Shown here in pieces: positions 1 through 14,921 of a stretch of DNA of 64,000 bases. Below the pieces are notes generated by a model. That model did no database searches. It saw only the letters and a list, made by a program, of their open reading frames with translations, and was not told the origin of the DNA. Position numbers and translations under genes: made by a program. The stretch is from positions 105,586,001-105,650,000 of the forward strand of contig OX597821.1 of NCBI GenBank assembly GCA_951406725.2, given 5' to 3'. The stretch's first letter is position 1. Each line of letters begins with the position of its first letter. This DNA is from Octopus vulgaris (lineage: Eukaryota).

Positions 1-633
1 CATAAATTTTACCCTTACTGTATCACTCTTATGAATTTGAACCCTCAAGTTAATGACTGGTTATGTGTGTCCTTATCACTTCGGACGTATAAAAGCCTAA
101 TGTAAAACTTTAACGGACAACTAACCAACAAATAGTCCGTTCGAAACCTTTCAATAAAACAGACATTTGCCTATACAAAGCATATTTTTCATTGCTATTT
201 CTTGATCAAATATCTCGACCCTATAACGAACTATATCATTGCACTCTTCACGACTGTTGCATTAACTCAAAATGAAAACTTACATTTAAATCTTTGTATT
301 CTTAAACTGTGCATTTCTGTAGCAAATCACGTATTGCCTCGTAAGTACTAATGCAACTACCTCAGGCTATACTTAAATAATGAATATGAAAACATTTCTT
401 TTGTAGATAATTGAATCAAATGGAGTGCATCATGTCTAAATTGTTATATTGACACTTGCTGAAAATGAAACTAAATTCCGGAAGGTATTTACATCGGAAA
501 CAATAGAGACGAAACTAAAAGTAGTCAAATATTTCTGTGTTATTAACATATTAATATAGAATCTACATTAACTGTAGTAATGGCATGCCCTGTCGGTTAA
601 GCAACATGATATCACGATTGGTTCATTACTTTT

Positions 634-674
<41 letters not shown>

Positions 675-1655
675 ATATATATATATTGTATGTTTGTTGC
701 GTTGTATTTCATATATATATATGTGTGTGTATGTGTGTGTATATATATATATATATGCATGTATGTTTGTAGCGCTTGTATTTCATATTTTAGAATATTT
801 AATATGAAACAAATCTGTTTAATCAATTTTAGTCTCAGATATTTATTGTCAGTGTTAGTACATTTACAATATTTCCAAAACATAATAAGTAATTAGAGAG
901 AGAAAACCTCCTAATATTTATTGATACGAAATAGCAGAAGGTAATGGCCATAGACTACATTCTCCTATAAAGGACGTACGGGAAGTGAGAGGTGTTAAAT
1001 CGGTTAAGGCATAAAGCATTCAAATTTTACATTGATAGTGGTATACAACAGCTTAATTATGGTCTACTTGATTTTTTAAAACTTTTTAACAAAAGAAATT
1101 ACACTAGATCTTTCCTTTGATATTTATAAGAAACATCGCCCCTTCAAAACATCAGTGGCGTAAGCTTTTAGTACAGATTTGCATATGATTACATACGTAC
1201 ACATATGCAATCGTATATACACATATGTAAATGCGTCTCTATAAATGTGAGTATATATGATTATATACGTGTAAATTATAAGTATGTATGCACATGTAAT
1301 TATATATATATGTCCATATATATGAGTAGTATTTTTTTATCTACTAAATGAATCAACTGCCGGCAGTCGTTAAGAGAACAAACACACAACTACATACATA
1401 CATACCAGTACACACACACACACACACACACACATACACATAAATACGTACATATATCTGTGTGTAAGGAGGCATATCATCCGTTGTTAGTGCTGTAGAG
1501 AGAAAGAGAGACAAAGGTATTGACATATTTGCACTCAATCTTTTTACTCTCCGTTTTTTTTATTATTAATCAAAAAGAAAAAAAAAGAAAAAAAAAAAAC
1601 TAAATTGATAACGCATTGATATAATGGCTGCGAAAACAAAACAATGAAAATAATA

Positions 1656-1685
1656 TTAATAATAATAATAATAATAATAATGATA

Positions 1686-1771
<86 letters not shown>
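1656..1771. repeat. (AAT)n microsatellite
   Basis: Visible tandem AAT run with a few GAT variants; similar runs at ~26340-26398 and ~45740-45786. Confidence 0.95.
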
Positions 1772-1773
<2 letters not shown>

Positions 1774-2574
1774 GTATATAAAATCGAAGGCAAACTACGT
1801 GATTAAAGATCCTTGAAAGTTTATTTGAATAGATATCAAGCAGCGTTTGCTGAAGTATTATAATGTGGAGATAATAACTAGCGAAATAAATGATAGATTA
1901 TAGAGAATACATAAATACTGAAAACTATTAATGATATAAAAAAAATATCATATACACTCACTCTCTCGTTGTTCATCTACTCCTCTTATATTTCATATCG
2001 GTGTTCCCCATACGCTTCTCATAATATATCCTATATCACTCTCTTTCTCTCTCTCTCTCTCTCTCTCACTCTCTTCCCTTCATTCCTCTTTCTCTCCTCG
2101 TCCTCCTTCTTTCTCTAGCAAGCTCTCTGTCTATTTGCATTGCTCCTTCGTTAATATGAATCAACAGTATTGTACAAGGGTGGGATGCCGAAAATCTATT
2201 GAACGTGACATTTAAAGCTGAGAGCAAATTCGTACATTGCGGATGTATACTTTCCCAAGCAATGAACCCCCACCAGGTGAAATTTCAAGAGATAGACTAC
2301 ACGACCTCAAGGAAGAATATCCAGTGTTACTATTTCGTTCGACAAACATCCAAAGAACTCATCGTAAACGAAAACATATATTACCTAAAGTTTACAGAAA
2401 CCACTGCGAGCTATTTCTGTAAGAATACACAGACGGTATTATTAGGCAACATAAGATCTGCTTATGATATATATATATATATAGAACAAGGTGTTAATTT
2501 AGCCCTGAAGCAAACATACAGCCTCTAGAACCGCCTTCGCTGATTGTGTTAAGCACAGAAAGAAAGAGCTTAAG

Positions 2575-2692
2575 TGTTTATAGTAAAGGTATTCTGCTGA
2601 AAACCTAGGGACGTGAGTTCGATTCCCGGTGGCGAATTGTGTCTTTGAGTAACATGTATTATTTCATGGTGCTCCAGTTCACTTAGCTGGTA
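2575..2692 (+). mobile_element. Degenerate tRNA-derived SINE (family D), 5' part
   Basis: B-box-like GAGTTCGATTCC followed by ttgtgtctttgagtaac...tgctccagttcacttagctgg, homologous to the copy at 4380-4678. Confidence 0.6.
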
Positions 2693-4379
2693 TGGGCTAA
2701 GATTTTCATATTCTATGATAGGCTGAATCTCCCTAAGAACTATGTTAAGGGTACGTGGAGTGCCCTGCCACTTGCATGTAAATTTCCCGTGCAGGCTCTG
2801 CCATTGATCCAAGCAACTGGAAATCTCGTAGTCGCAACCATGGGAAAGCCAACCTTTCAGAAACTGATGTCTCACATATCTCCACTAATTGGCGATCATT
2901 AGCAGATTATGTAGAATGAAGAATACAGAAGAATGTGTTTTGATATAGATCTCTTTTTGGTACTTCACGAGTTAAATTCTGCCGAAACATTTGACTCTAT
3001 TGTCTTTCGTGATTACAGAAAATTATCACAATTTCTGTCAGCGAATATAAACAACTACGCATATTTAATTATAAGCCAACTACTAGCGTACCAGATACTG
3101 TCGACTGACGCATCAGTAATTTATCCATGATAAAAAAAATTATGTGATACTTTGTCGTAGTCATCAATGTTTTTCTAAGGAAACAGCCTACCGATGTTGG
3201 ACATACGATAGCATGCAGCTACTCGGTAGCTTTACGGAAGTCCAATCTCATCTCGCCATCATACCAAAGAGTTTCGTGATATTGCTGATTAAAACAACAA
3301 ACAACGAGTAATGAAATAAATGTCATTATGCATCCAAGTATCCAGCTTGAATCCAAAAATATACACAAGAGTATAACAGCTATGCTTACAATATCGTAAT
3401 ATGCTTTACACTAGTGCTATACTATACTACACTATTACTAAAGTACAACGCATTGTCATATTGTCTAGTGTATAGGACAGTATACTTTTCTAAAATTATT
3501 AGCAATAGAAACAGTATTAATAGCGAAAGGCAATCTTTATATCCCACTTAATATGTATCTTTAGTTAGGACACGGAACAGCGTGGCATTCCTATTGAGAA
3601 GACCCCACATATAGACTCATGTTGATTAAAAGTACACATATAACATTAGCAGATGTGAATCGCCTGCTATGGGTACCGGAAACGCCAGGTCACCTGATTT
3701 AAACGTACTGCGTCTAAAATACCAGCTAAATATCTCTGCGATCGATATATAAAATAACAGTGGCTTTACAGGAACTTATGCCGCAAACAGCCAGAAGCCT
3801 CATTCAAAAAAGAAATATAAGCGACATAATTAGTATTTATACCATAGAACTATCTTCATATCCAGCTTAACGTGGATGTTTTCGTATAACGCCGAATACT
3901 GTGGTCCTTTCTTTGATATCACTGCCATTCATTTGCAGTGATATTTGGCCGGTACGCGGTAAGAGGGTATATGCCATGGAAGATACGTTGTACATTCAAA
4001 TCATATTGTCATTGTAGTTCCAGATTTTCAACTGGCGATTTTCGATTGTTAACGATATGTGTGTACTTTTATCCATCATACTACTATACTACAGACGCCT
4101 CAAGGCGAATACCACGGTATTTGGCGTTCCATCAAAACACTCATATTAAGTTGGAAAGGAAGATGCTGTCCTATTCTATAATACATTTGTGCATTTGTAA
4201 AATATTTAAATTTGTCTTGCAATAATATTGCGATTGACATTATTTTCATTATAATTTTGAAGGCATGAAGGATTCAATGAGCACTGATTTGATTACGGCA
4301 TGTTTGAAGTAGTGATGATTTTTAAGAACCTGCAATAACAGACATTTAGTGCTCTTAGCGTCTGAGACACCATTCGTTC

Positions 4380-4678
4380 ATGACTGATCATGATTGCACC
4401 TAGAAAGTTACCCTCCCAGGCACAAGTCCGAGCAAGGTTGTTTATGGAGACCAGCAGTCGCCTATGCATGCCGGCCTCCACTCTCCACGCCACCAGTGTT
4501 ATCCAAGCGAAAGGTAAAGGAGCCGATACAGCTTGGCCCCTGTGACGTCGCAACTCATTTCTACAGCTGAGTGAACTGGAGCAACGTGAAATAAAGTGTC
4601 TTACTAATGAACACAACACGTAACCCTGTACGGCATTCGAACTTACAACTTCACGATTTTAAGCTCGATGCTCTACCT
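4380..4678 (-). mobile_element. tRNA-derived SINE (family D)
   Basis: Minus strand reads ggtagagcatcg (A-box-like)...aagttcgaatgcc (B-box-like)...taagacactttatttcacgttgctccagttcactcagctg, then a GC-richer body. Confidence 0.7.
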
Positions 4679-6834
4679 ACCGTCACTGCTCTTAGCGTAC
4701 CGTCTAGTATACCCATATCTGTGCATGATTTCAAATTAAATTAGCGAGTATCGAGATGGAAACAAAGGTTAGAGTTGTGCTAGGTGCATTTTGTTTGCCT
4801 CTTTGCTGACTATGCAATAGACTGTGCTCGTCTCTGTTATTAATACAAGTATAATTTAAATTTTTTAGCAAAGAGAGGAATGGTGCCACCCATAGTCCTG
4901 AAGACTTGACAGGTTGGTGTTATTGATTGAATTAGTATTTGAACTGGATACATGTAGAAATAAAATAGGCTGTGAGGAAATTACGCATGGTCTCCACTGA
5001 AGTAATACTGATGAATGTTGATCAGTGTGACGGGAATATGTGTCAGTGCAGATGTGAGGAACGTAGTTGAGGCCAGCAGGGATAGGTCCTCTCTTCACAA
5101 TGTTGGATAAGATAAACAAAGCACGTAGAAGGAACAGCGTGCTACGTGCTTGAATTTTTAAGTAAGTGTTGTTTCTCTTTTCTTTTCTTTCTTCGTTGTG
5201 TAACAAAAAATCGCCACAGATCGAGGGGGGTTGTGATCAAATATGCATCGAAATAGACTACTCCACATTTAAATTCATCCAGGAGTATGTTATTCACCCA
5301 AAATGTCTTCCAATGAAGTGGTTGGATGAGAGGCGAGGAAGTTTATTTTTATTTTTTTTCTTCTTTTGGTGTTCGATGGAATTCTCCTATATTCTGTCAT
5401 AGAAAATAGGCATAACTCACTTCAAGCATATCACATGAATTATGTATTTTGATTCCGGAAACTATTTTCTATTTTCCACTTGGTCATTTATGAGAAGAAA
5501 GAGACGGAAGAGAGAGGAAAGGAAAGAAAGGGGAGAGAGAGAGAGAGAGGGAGAGAGAGAGAGAGAGAGTGTGTGTGTGTGTGTAAAGAAAAATTAAATT
5601 GGGTAGGAGGGGGATTAAAAGAATGAAATTTGGACGGCGACTGAGAGACAAAAAAACGTTATAACGTGATGAAGAAATTAATATTCATATGTTCGAATCA
5701 ATCGAGAAAACTGCACTTGATTTTCAAACTTTTATTGGTATTCTGTGTTCGGAATGCTTCAATATACCATTTTAAAAGCAAAAATAAATAGAGGTACAAA
5801 CCATATTGTCACAGAATTTTACATATATAATTTTTTTTTAATGCGTAAGATATCGAGGTTATACTTCCAATTATAAGTTAACCAATTGTACAATAATCGA
5901 GGAGGGGTTAATAATCACCCATCGTAAGTTAATACAGTGTATTAAGGATAATGAGACAGTATTAACGATAATCATTCAACAAAATTCTGTTTATCACACC
6001 TTGGAAGAAATCAATATTATATTTGACAATTTTATCTACAATACATAATATTCATCGTCATCCTGTTTTCTAAAAATATGGATTAACTTATAGAATTTTA
6101 TTAATATATATTGCTGAATATCGCGTCACAACAAGGGAGATTTTATGTAGCCACACGATAGGTTTTAAATAGCATCTAAATCGTCAAATACCCCAATATT
6201 ATCTTGCGGTAAATGTTGCGTAAGATAATCTAGTCTATGCCTTATCATAAGCAAATAGGGAGATTAATATGGCTCATTCTTTTACTTATTTGGTGTGCTA
6301 TTCTTATATTAATTTTCAAATTTTGAAACGGTTTTCCTGCTCGCTGAAGTCTGTAACTATCAGTATATTTTGAAGTGATCGATACGTTTCGACTAAGAAT
6401 ATAAATGATTTGTTTAGCTGAAAAGTATTTTCGTTTCGTCCTTAAAAATGTCTAAAGATAGTGACCATAATTGATTTGTAATTAAACCCAGGAATCTTGT
6501 TACTGTCTTAATTATGCAATGCGTATAACAGTTAAAATCGTTAAGATGTAAATAAGTCTATATAATATTTTCAATTATACAATTATATAAAGAATATCAA
6601 TAAGAAATCGATGAAACATTGGGTTATAAAGATAATAATCTCCAATATCATTGTTTCTTGGTTCTGGAATATTACACGACCATTCCCATGCGATAGCATA
6701 CAAAAAAAATTACTGAAATAATAAATATTGGAATTGTAATCAGCAACAATAGGAGGTAAATTAAGTTTTGTAAGAGAGTCATTAAGATTGAAATTTATTG
6801 AAGAAAAACGTCATTAAAAATTTCACTAATAATC

Positions 6835-7028
6835 CTTTCTACTGTAGGCACAAGGCCCAACATTAGGGGAGGGAGCATGTCGATTATATCGATCTCAGTG
6901 TTTCACTTAATTGATCCACACTGAACGGATGAAAGGCAAAGTCGACCTCGGTGGAATTTGATCTTAGAACGGAGAGATGCCATTAAGCATTTCGTCCAGC
7001 GTGCTAACGATTCTGCCGGCTCGCCACC
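6835..7028 (-). mobile_element. tRNA-derived SINE (family A)
   Basis: Contains ggatgaaaggcaaagtcgacctcggtggaatttga and head ggtggcgagccggcagaatcgttagc on the minus strand; matches 46323-46552. Confidence 0.85.
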
Positions 7029-8869
7029 TATAAATTTCAGTAATAATACTTACAATTTATCATCAATTTGCAACGAAGTTCATGGAATACGACGTCGTAG
7101 GTTTGCATTTTGTTTTCATTTTGTTATTGTGAGCACCCTGAATTTCCCTCGAAATCCTAGTTTCTGACAGGCAGCGGTGATTTACATAGTGAGATCACTT
7201 CATCGAATTAAGAATGAAAGCTGGTTGTAATTTTTTCATGTCTTCCTCATCGCTGAACTTAAAACTAAAAAAAATGATTCCGGTGTCCTTTCACCTCTTT
7301 TAAGAATCAGCAACCACCTCATCCATATAAAATCCTATGCATTTTCTTTGAGTTCACGTAAAAGACAGAATCTAGTGAATCGATAATTTTTAATTAATTA
7401 AGATTTTATCACTAATAATGAACAAAAAAATCAAGGGAGACGATACCAGATGTTAATTAAATTAATAAAATTTCTTAAAAAATAGAAAGCAATATGGTTG
7501 GCTGTCATACTCTGCAGTAGAGTGATAACGATGTTAGTTATCCGGTAATAATATTATGCCCGTCACCAAAGAATAATCTAATCTTTACACCCTTTTATTA
7601 AAATTACGAGGACTTGGTGAGGCGATGGTGTAAAAAAGAGAACAAGATAATAGTGTGCTTAAATGTATTAAGGTTGTGACAAGGAATGTAGTAAAGAGGC
7701 ATACACACACATGCACACGAACAGATATACATCCATATACATACACACACATATATATATACTTGTATATACACATATATTCACATGCGCGCGCACAGAT
7801 ATGCAGTCACATACATACAGTAGATACTCACACGCACGCACGCACACACGCACAAATCTATAAGAGAATTCGATTATAGAGGGTGAGAATGCATCCGAGT
7901 TCTTTAACATGTGCCAGTCTTTTAATTTTGTAACATATATATTAAAATACCAAACCGGTTTCAATTTTTTAATTTTTCACTTGTAAGTAATAGTGAGTGC
8001 TGCAGCATGGCTGCATTCACATGACTGAAACAAGTAAAATTATACAGGAATAAACAGTTAAGAAAACATCGAGCGTTCAAAGGAAAATTTTGAAAAACAT
8101 GCTTAAATGTTCAAATGTTTATACATATTCCAATATGAAATAGGTTTTTCTGAGACAGTATTACAAAATCAACTTCTCGATGAATTTTGAAAGTTCAATA
8201 ACATTGAGTTACATAACCAATTAGACAAAATAAAATTAAAACAAAATAGAAAATTAGAATTCCTCGTAGTTGCTTTGTTGGTTAGAGCTTGAAATGTTCT
8301 AAGCTAAATTGCTTTGTATATTTATTTCCACATAAACATGGATGTTCTGTACGAACAAACTTCAGCTGCAGGACATACGATGAGCGAAATTCTCATCTAG
8401 GCTTTTGGTGCAAAATACACGCCTGCTTATATCACTAGTGTGGAGATAAATCCCCAACAACAGCTACACCGGGACCACCGGTTCACCTGATTTCTCTTTT
8501 CCGTTGTTTTATCGATGATATACGCTCGACCGCTAGAGATAGCAGTGTCTCATCTCCCTGCTAGCGATATATAGAAAATCAGTACCCAAATAAACACTAG
8601 TGTTGCGGCGATTAGTCGGTGACCTAGTAAAAAATATATACTAGCAATACAATCACTATTAATACTGAGGAGCAATATTTATTCCCACTTAAATGTGGAT
8701 GTTCTGTTACAGAAAACTTTACTGTGGTAGATAGCATGAGATACTCTTTATAGGCTTTTGGTGCAACTCTCCTCCAACTCCAGCGTCTGCACCACAAGGT
8801 CACCTGATTTCGACCTTGCTGATTTTGTCAATCTAGTATTTTGACTAACTGACTGCATGGATATGCCAC

Positions 8870-9525
8870 TGGTTTCAGAGATGTTCAGGTCACATATTTT
8901 GGATTGCTGGACATCCGATGTTCTGGTTTGTTGGATTCATGGTGACGTCAATTTGTCGATTGTTTTCATGAAAGAGGGTCAGTGTCCTGGCTTGTTGATT
9001 TCCTGCTTACGGCGTTTTCTTTGTCTTTTTGTCTAAATGTATTCTTAGATCGTTTTTATCATATATACAGTGCCATTTGCTTGATTCCTTTATAGAGCTA
9101 TTGGATTCTTCAGGTAAATATTTACCTGTATTTCTGCCTCAGGGTCCAGGTTTAACTAAAAAAACTCTAATTGGTTAAGCCTAGAATGACGTCGACAGCT
9201 GGTGTTTGAGAAAGAACAAGGTGTTATTGTAGAGCAATTTGGATTTAGGGTTTCCAATCCCGAGGGAAGCCTGTTATTTATACTTACCATTTATGTCTGA
9301 TAATTCTAAAATTTGTTTTTTTTTTCTTAATAAATTATGTTCTCTCAGTCTGGTGTGTTCTTATAGAATATTCAGATATGGTTTATATTTCTTAATAAAC
9401 ATATTTTCCTTATAAAATTAGAATTGGGCTGAAATGTTTCCGGTGCACTGACCGAGTCGGAAAATATGTAGTTTGCTTACTGGAATTTCGCTAACTGTAG
9501 GGTCAGGAATCTCTTGTCTGTGTAA
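8870..9525 (-). mobile_element. Penelope-like element remnant: C-terminus of GIY-YIG domain plus probable 3' region
   Basis: 9525->9361 translates LHRQEIPDPTVSEIPVSKLHIFRLGQCTGNISAQF*FYKENMFIKKYKPYLNIL*, matching the PLE endonuclease tail HRQ..I....P.S.H...KE..FI....P.LN. The downstream extent is uncertain. Confidence 0.65.
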
Positions 9526-10241
9526 CTAATCCGAACATATAGATAATGTAAGAAGCCATATTCCTCCATGTACACGCGTCCTCATCCATATTAACAACAA
9601 TACACCAATTACTTATTGTCCAATGTACTTTGTTAAATAAAACTAAAAGTACATACAAAAATATGAACAACACCGAAAATTCTAAGCCAACTGCATAAAA
9701 CAAGACAATATGAAGATATTTTATATCAAGAGAATATAGGAAAAAAGATATGTTTAGATACATATAAATCCTATGAAAGGAGGTTTTGTAGCATTTTACT
9801 TTCCTAGAGGTACTTAGAAAAGAATGTGCGTCATGAGAGGCGGAAAGAAGATTCATTGAAACAATTGTTTTTAAATGTATTTATATTTATTAAAATATTT
9901 AACACAGTTACTACTAAATCAATACAACAAATAATCGGTTACTTCAATGGTACAAACATGTGGTTGAATATAATTTCAAGGACAGTGTGTGCATCTTAAC
10001 CTAAATGGTAGAATATAAGTTTTGGTGAAGGACTCGATCGTTACATAAGTATTACTTATCTAACATAGGTTTTCAAGAAACTTAACAGCCAGTGCGTAAC
10101 TTACGTATTTATGATTTGTTTAAGGAGCGCGATGCGGTATATAAGTTACGTATGGACGAAAAACAAACCAACAAATATCTATATGCCAGACAGACTGTCA
10201 TAGAGGGAGGTGATAGGGATAGCGAAAAAGTTAGAGAAAGC

Positions 10242-10286
<45 letters not shown>

Positions 10287-10504
10287 CGTCAGACACGAAG
10301 AAAAATATAACGCTTTATAATTGGAAGGTGTATTCGAATATTTCGCAAACAATAACGATTCTCATACTGAAAAACAGATGCACACAATGCCAGTGAAGCA
10401 GACCTCTTATTAATATGACTACAAATATACACTTGCATTTCTACATATGTACGCGTGCGTGTCTTTATGTATGCATACATACATGAACCATATATCGTAT
10501 GTCA

Positions 10505-10550
<46 letters not shown>

Positions 10551-10939
10551 CGACTTTATGTGTGTGTATACATATACATATATTATACGTATATAATAAT
10601 TTTCGTTATTTCCATTTATACATGCTTCTGTATGTATGGATGGAAGTATATGTGTGTTAAAATAGTATGTTGTGAGTGAGATAGAGAGATAAATCACACG
10701 AAGAAAACGTTGAGTTTTCTTCGAGCGTATTGATACCCGTGGACGCATGCGTAATTCGTACTGTTTTTTGTGAATATATTTAAGAGAGGAAATATATATG
10801 TGTGGGCACACGCGCGCGTAGAAACAAACTCAAACGCAAACACGCACACATGCACAAACACACAAGCCTATATAATATATTCATGTAGGTATACGCAACT
10901 ACACACAGAGACTATTCTTACATAAGTACGCGTAAACAA

Positions 10940-10946
10940 CTATACG

Positions 10947-11028
<82 letters not shown>

Positions 11029-11210
11029 GTGTGTGTGTGAGTGTGTGTGTGTTTGTGAGTGTGTGTAATTCTGTATTTGTATGTGTATATATATATATAT
11101 ATACACACACATATATATATATATATATGTATATACATATATATATATATGTATATATATATACATATATATATATGTATATATACTTATATATGTATAT
11201 ATATATATAC

Positions 11211-11243
<33 letters not shown>

Positions 11244-11763
11244 TGTATATGTATATGTACAGGTATATATGCATAAACATAGGAACCCATTATAACTACA
11301 AAAACCAACTACCTGTTTATTTTCCTGAATTATTTACTTATTTTTTTATTCTTTTCGTTCTTTTGTTATCTTCTTACCTGATATTAATATTAACAAAACC
11401 AAACAAATACAACGGCGTGCTGAAAAAAAAAAAATGTAGAAATCTTCATTGTATGAGTTAAGGTATATGAATGTATTCATTCAAATTACAGTTTTCATGT
11501 GTATGCACGGTAATAGGTGTCTTGGTTTTTCTACTTGTTAATGTTGGAGAATTCCTTGAGCATAGAAATATTTCGCACGAATGGTAAAGCTTCGTCTATA
11601 GAACATTCAGCTATGATAATGTTCTATGTATTCAGATGTGCAGCGAAGTGTTTCTAACGCGCAAGTAGGGAGCATAATGTGCGCGTGCGCTTGTATATAT
11701 CTATCTGTCTAACTAACTCCATATCTATCTATGTATGTATTTATCGTTTACTCTCTGTCTCTT

Positions 11764-11804
<41 letters not shown>

Positions 11805-11867
11805 CTCCGGAGACTCAAAAAACAGAACCACACATGCACACATACATATAAGCACTTATATGTATGC

Positions 11868-11940
<73 letters not shown>

Positions 11941-12003
11941 TATATATACACATATTTATATATATATATGTATATATATGCATACACAAACACACACACA
12001 CAC

Positions 12004-12068
<65 letters not shown>

Positions 12069-12234
12069 ACATACATATATACGTATGTGCGCATACGTTA
12101 AAGCAAATATTTCTGCATGGATGTGTAATGTATGTCTATGTATGTATAAGATAGATAGATACCTAGTTATACATACAACAGGTGATAAATCATACATGTA
12201 GCTCTTGCAATGATCGAAACGTACAGATGTACGT

Positions 12235-12307
<73 letters not shown>

Positions 12308-13110
12308 AGTATATAATTATGTATGTGTATATGCACACACACGCATGCACATATGTATATATATGATTTATTTACATAGACGTATTTCAATATTTATAAA
12401 TACATACGTATACATTAATATAACCTACATACCAGTAAACATAGTTATACAAACACACACGCAAACACACATACACATCAATATATATACATATATATAT
12501 ATATATATGTACATATATATCCCACAATTCTTATACATGCAAGGATATAAATAAGAGTGTTTATGAATATTTACATGCATTATCACCCCTACATACGTTA
12601 TCACCCCTTCATGCATGCACACACACACACTCTCATATATATTCCCATAGGAACAAAGTCTCACAGACAAAGACATATACTTGCACACACTCATACACGC
12701 GTGATCACACTCACACATATGTATGAGTTCAGAGATGTATGTGAATCTTCTCCATTCATAATGCCTGTGGCTAAAATGTTAAGTAGAAATACATAAAAAA
12801 TTATTTTGCTAACATTTCAGCTCTACGCTAAACTACGTATATATGTTAATATTGATTCATATACTGCCACAAAGGTTCATCCTCAAACGCATTCTACCTT
12901 TCCCATATGCGCACATTTACAAAACCCGAACACGCATGTGCAAAGAAACAGCGTTTTTGTTATGTATTATATATCCATGTGTGTATGTATACTTTTATTA
13001 TAGACACAAATAAATAAATAGTTATAAACCTACACACATATATGCATATAAATGTGTAAATATACACATCACCCTACATGCTTCTCTCTCTTTTTATATC
13101 TATATATATC

Positions 13111-13149
<39 letters not shown>

Positions 13150-13338
13150 ATGAGTATATATATATATATATGCATATACATACATGTATACGCATATGCA
13201 TATTCATATATATACTTACTTCATATCCATGCATGAGATTTTTATTGCAGAATGCAGATACGCCTATTGTTTGTGTGTATATGAGTATGTATGTATGTAT
13301 CTATATATCTATATATCTATGTATTTATGTATGAATGC

Positions 13339-13436
<98 letters not shown>

Positions 13437-13476
13437 ATACATGCTCGTGCACACACGCTCACAATCACACAGATGC

Positions 13477-13512
<36 letters not shown>

Positions 13513-13640
13513 TATATCGACAGATAGATAGATATAAATGTAAATATTTGGATATATGGATAGATAGATAGATACATACATGCATACTACACACACATGC
13601 ATACACACACATACATACCTACATACATACATATATACAA
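10940..13640. repeat. Dense compound microsatellite field (AT)n/(GT)n/(ATGT)n/(CT)n
   Basis: Directly visible; source of the many YIYI/HTHT pseudo-ORFs. Similar fields at 14670-14918, 16740-16990, 19710-20140, 27030-28450, 29180-29455, 36600-38490, 39840-40400, 52300-52600, 57585-57770 and 63535-63700. Confidence 0.95.
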
Positions 13641-14057
13641 TCATAAATGCAACACTGTACATACATATATTTCCATTAATTTATTTACAGTTAATGTCGG
13701 TGTTCCTTGGTTATGAAAATTTTATGTGGACCATATACGTAAAATTGTTTGTATATATGTATATTTACACGTATTGTGAGAAAAAAAAAACCTCCGTACA
13801 TACAATATATATTCTTTGTATTTCATTTTATCCGCAACATCAAATATCTTCAACCACTATTCTCAACGGAGTATCATTATTCATCAATACCAATATATCT
13901 TTCATTCTAAATCTAATCTCTCCAATTCAAATCGCGTATTTTCAATTTACGTAGGTGTACATGAATTTTCTTTTCGTTTCTTCAGGTAGTAACGCTAGCT
14001 GAAACTTCTTATACCACGATATATTCAGTACGAATTGTACGATAGTAAACATTATTT

Positions 14058-14392
14058 CAGGGGTTTTCAACCATCTTTTATCTCTCTCTTTCGATTACTA
14101 TTTTATTCTGGTGAGCCCCATAGACATTCTAAGCTTAAAATCTAGTTTTGTAGAAACTTTTTCAAAGTTTCTATTTTGTATCTCGAACATTAAATTTTAT
14201 AATTGATCTTTTTTTAATTATTATAGAATCAAGCTTAACTGTTTCTACCAATACATACCTGCAAAGCAAAATTTTTTTAGGGGCCCTTAGAATATTACTT
14301 TGGATCTCCAAATTATTATTTTTTGTGTGGATCTCACCAAAATCTCAAAAGGGATCCTCAGGGGCCATATGGAGTCCATTTGAGAACCACTG
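14058..14392. mobile_element. Non-autonomous hAT (Charlie-like) MITE
   Basis: Imperfect TIRs CAGGGGTTTTCAAC ... TTTGAGAACCACTG with subterminal GGA(T/C)CC-type motifs; second copy at ~62650-62883. Confidence 0.65.
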
Positions 14393-14666
14393 CTTTCTGT
14401 GGAACAACGGCTTGGAAATAAGGTGTAACTGCTCAAAAATGTGGATTTTTGACTTTATTGTTATATGATTATTTTTAAAGCTAAGCTGTTCACATGGATG
14501 CATTAAGGAGGGGAACTTCTCTGGGAAGACACCATATATATTTATATGTTGTCCTTCTTGTGCGTTACATTAGCTCCTATTTCTAGCAATGTATGTGTGT
14601 CTCAACACCCTAGTCACATTTAGTGGCAATGATTAATCTCATTTTAGGTAAGATTATATAACTGAT

Positions 14667-14749
<83 letters not shown>

Positions 14750-14769
14750 TATGTATATATACATATATG

Positions 14770-14800
<31 letters not shown>

Positions 14801-14807
14801 CTCTGTA

Positions 14808-14921
<114 letters not shown>

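Noticed and set aside
4869-5161. Possible exon bounded by ttttttag and gtaagt
   Set aside because: I found no frame open across it; part weakly resembles an RTE 3' end (A.DR motif). Unsupported.
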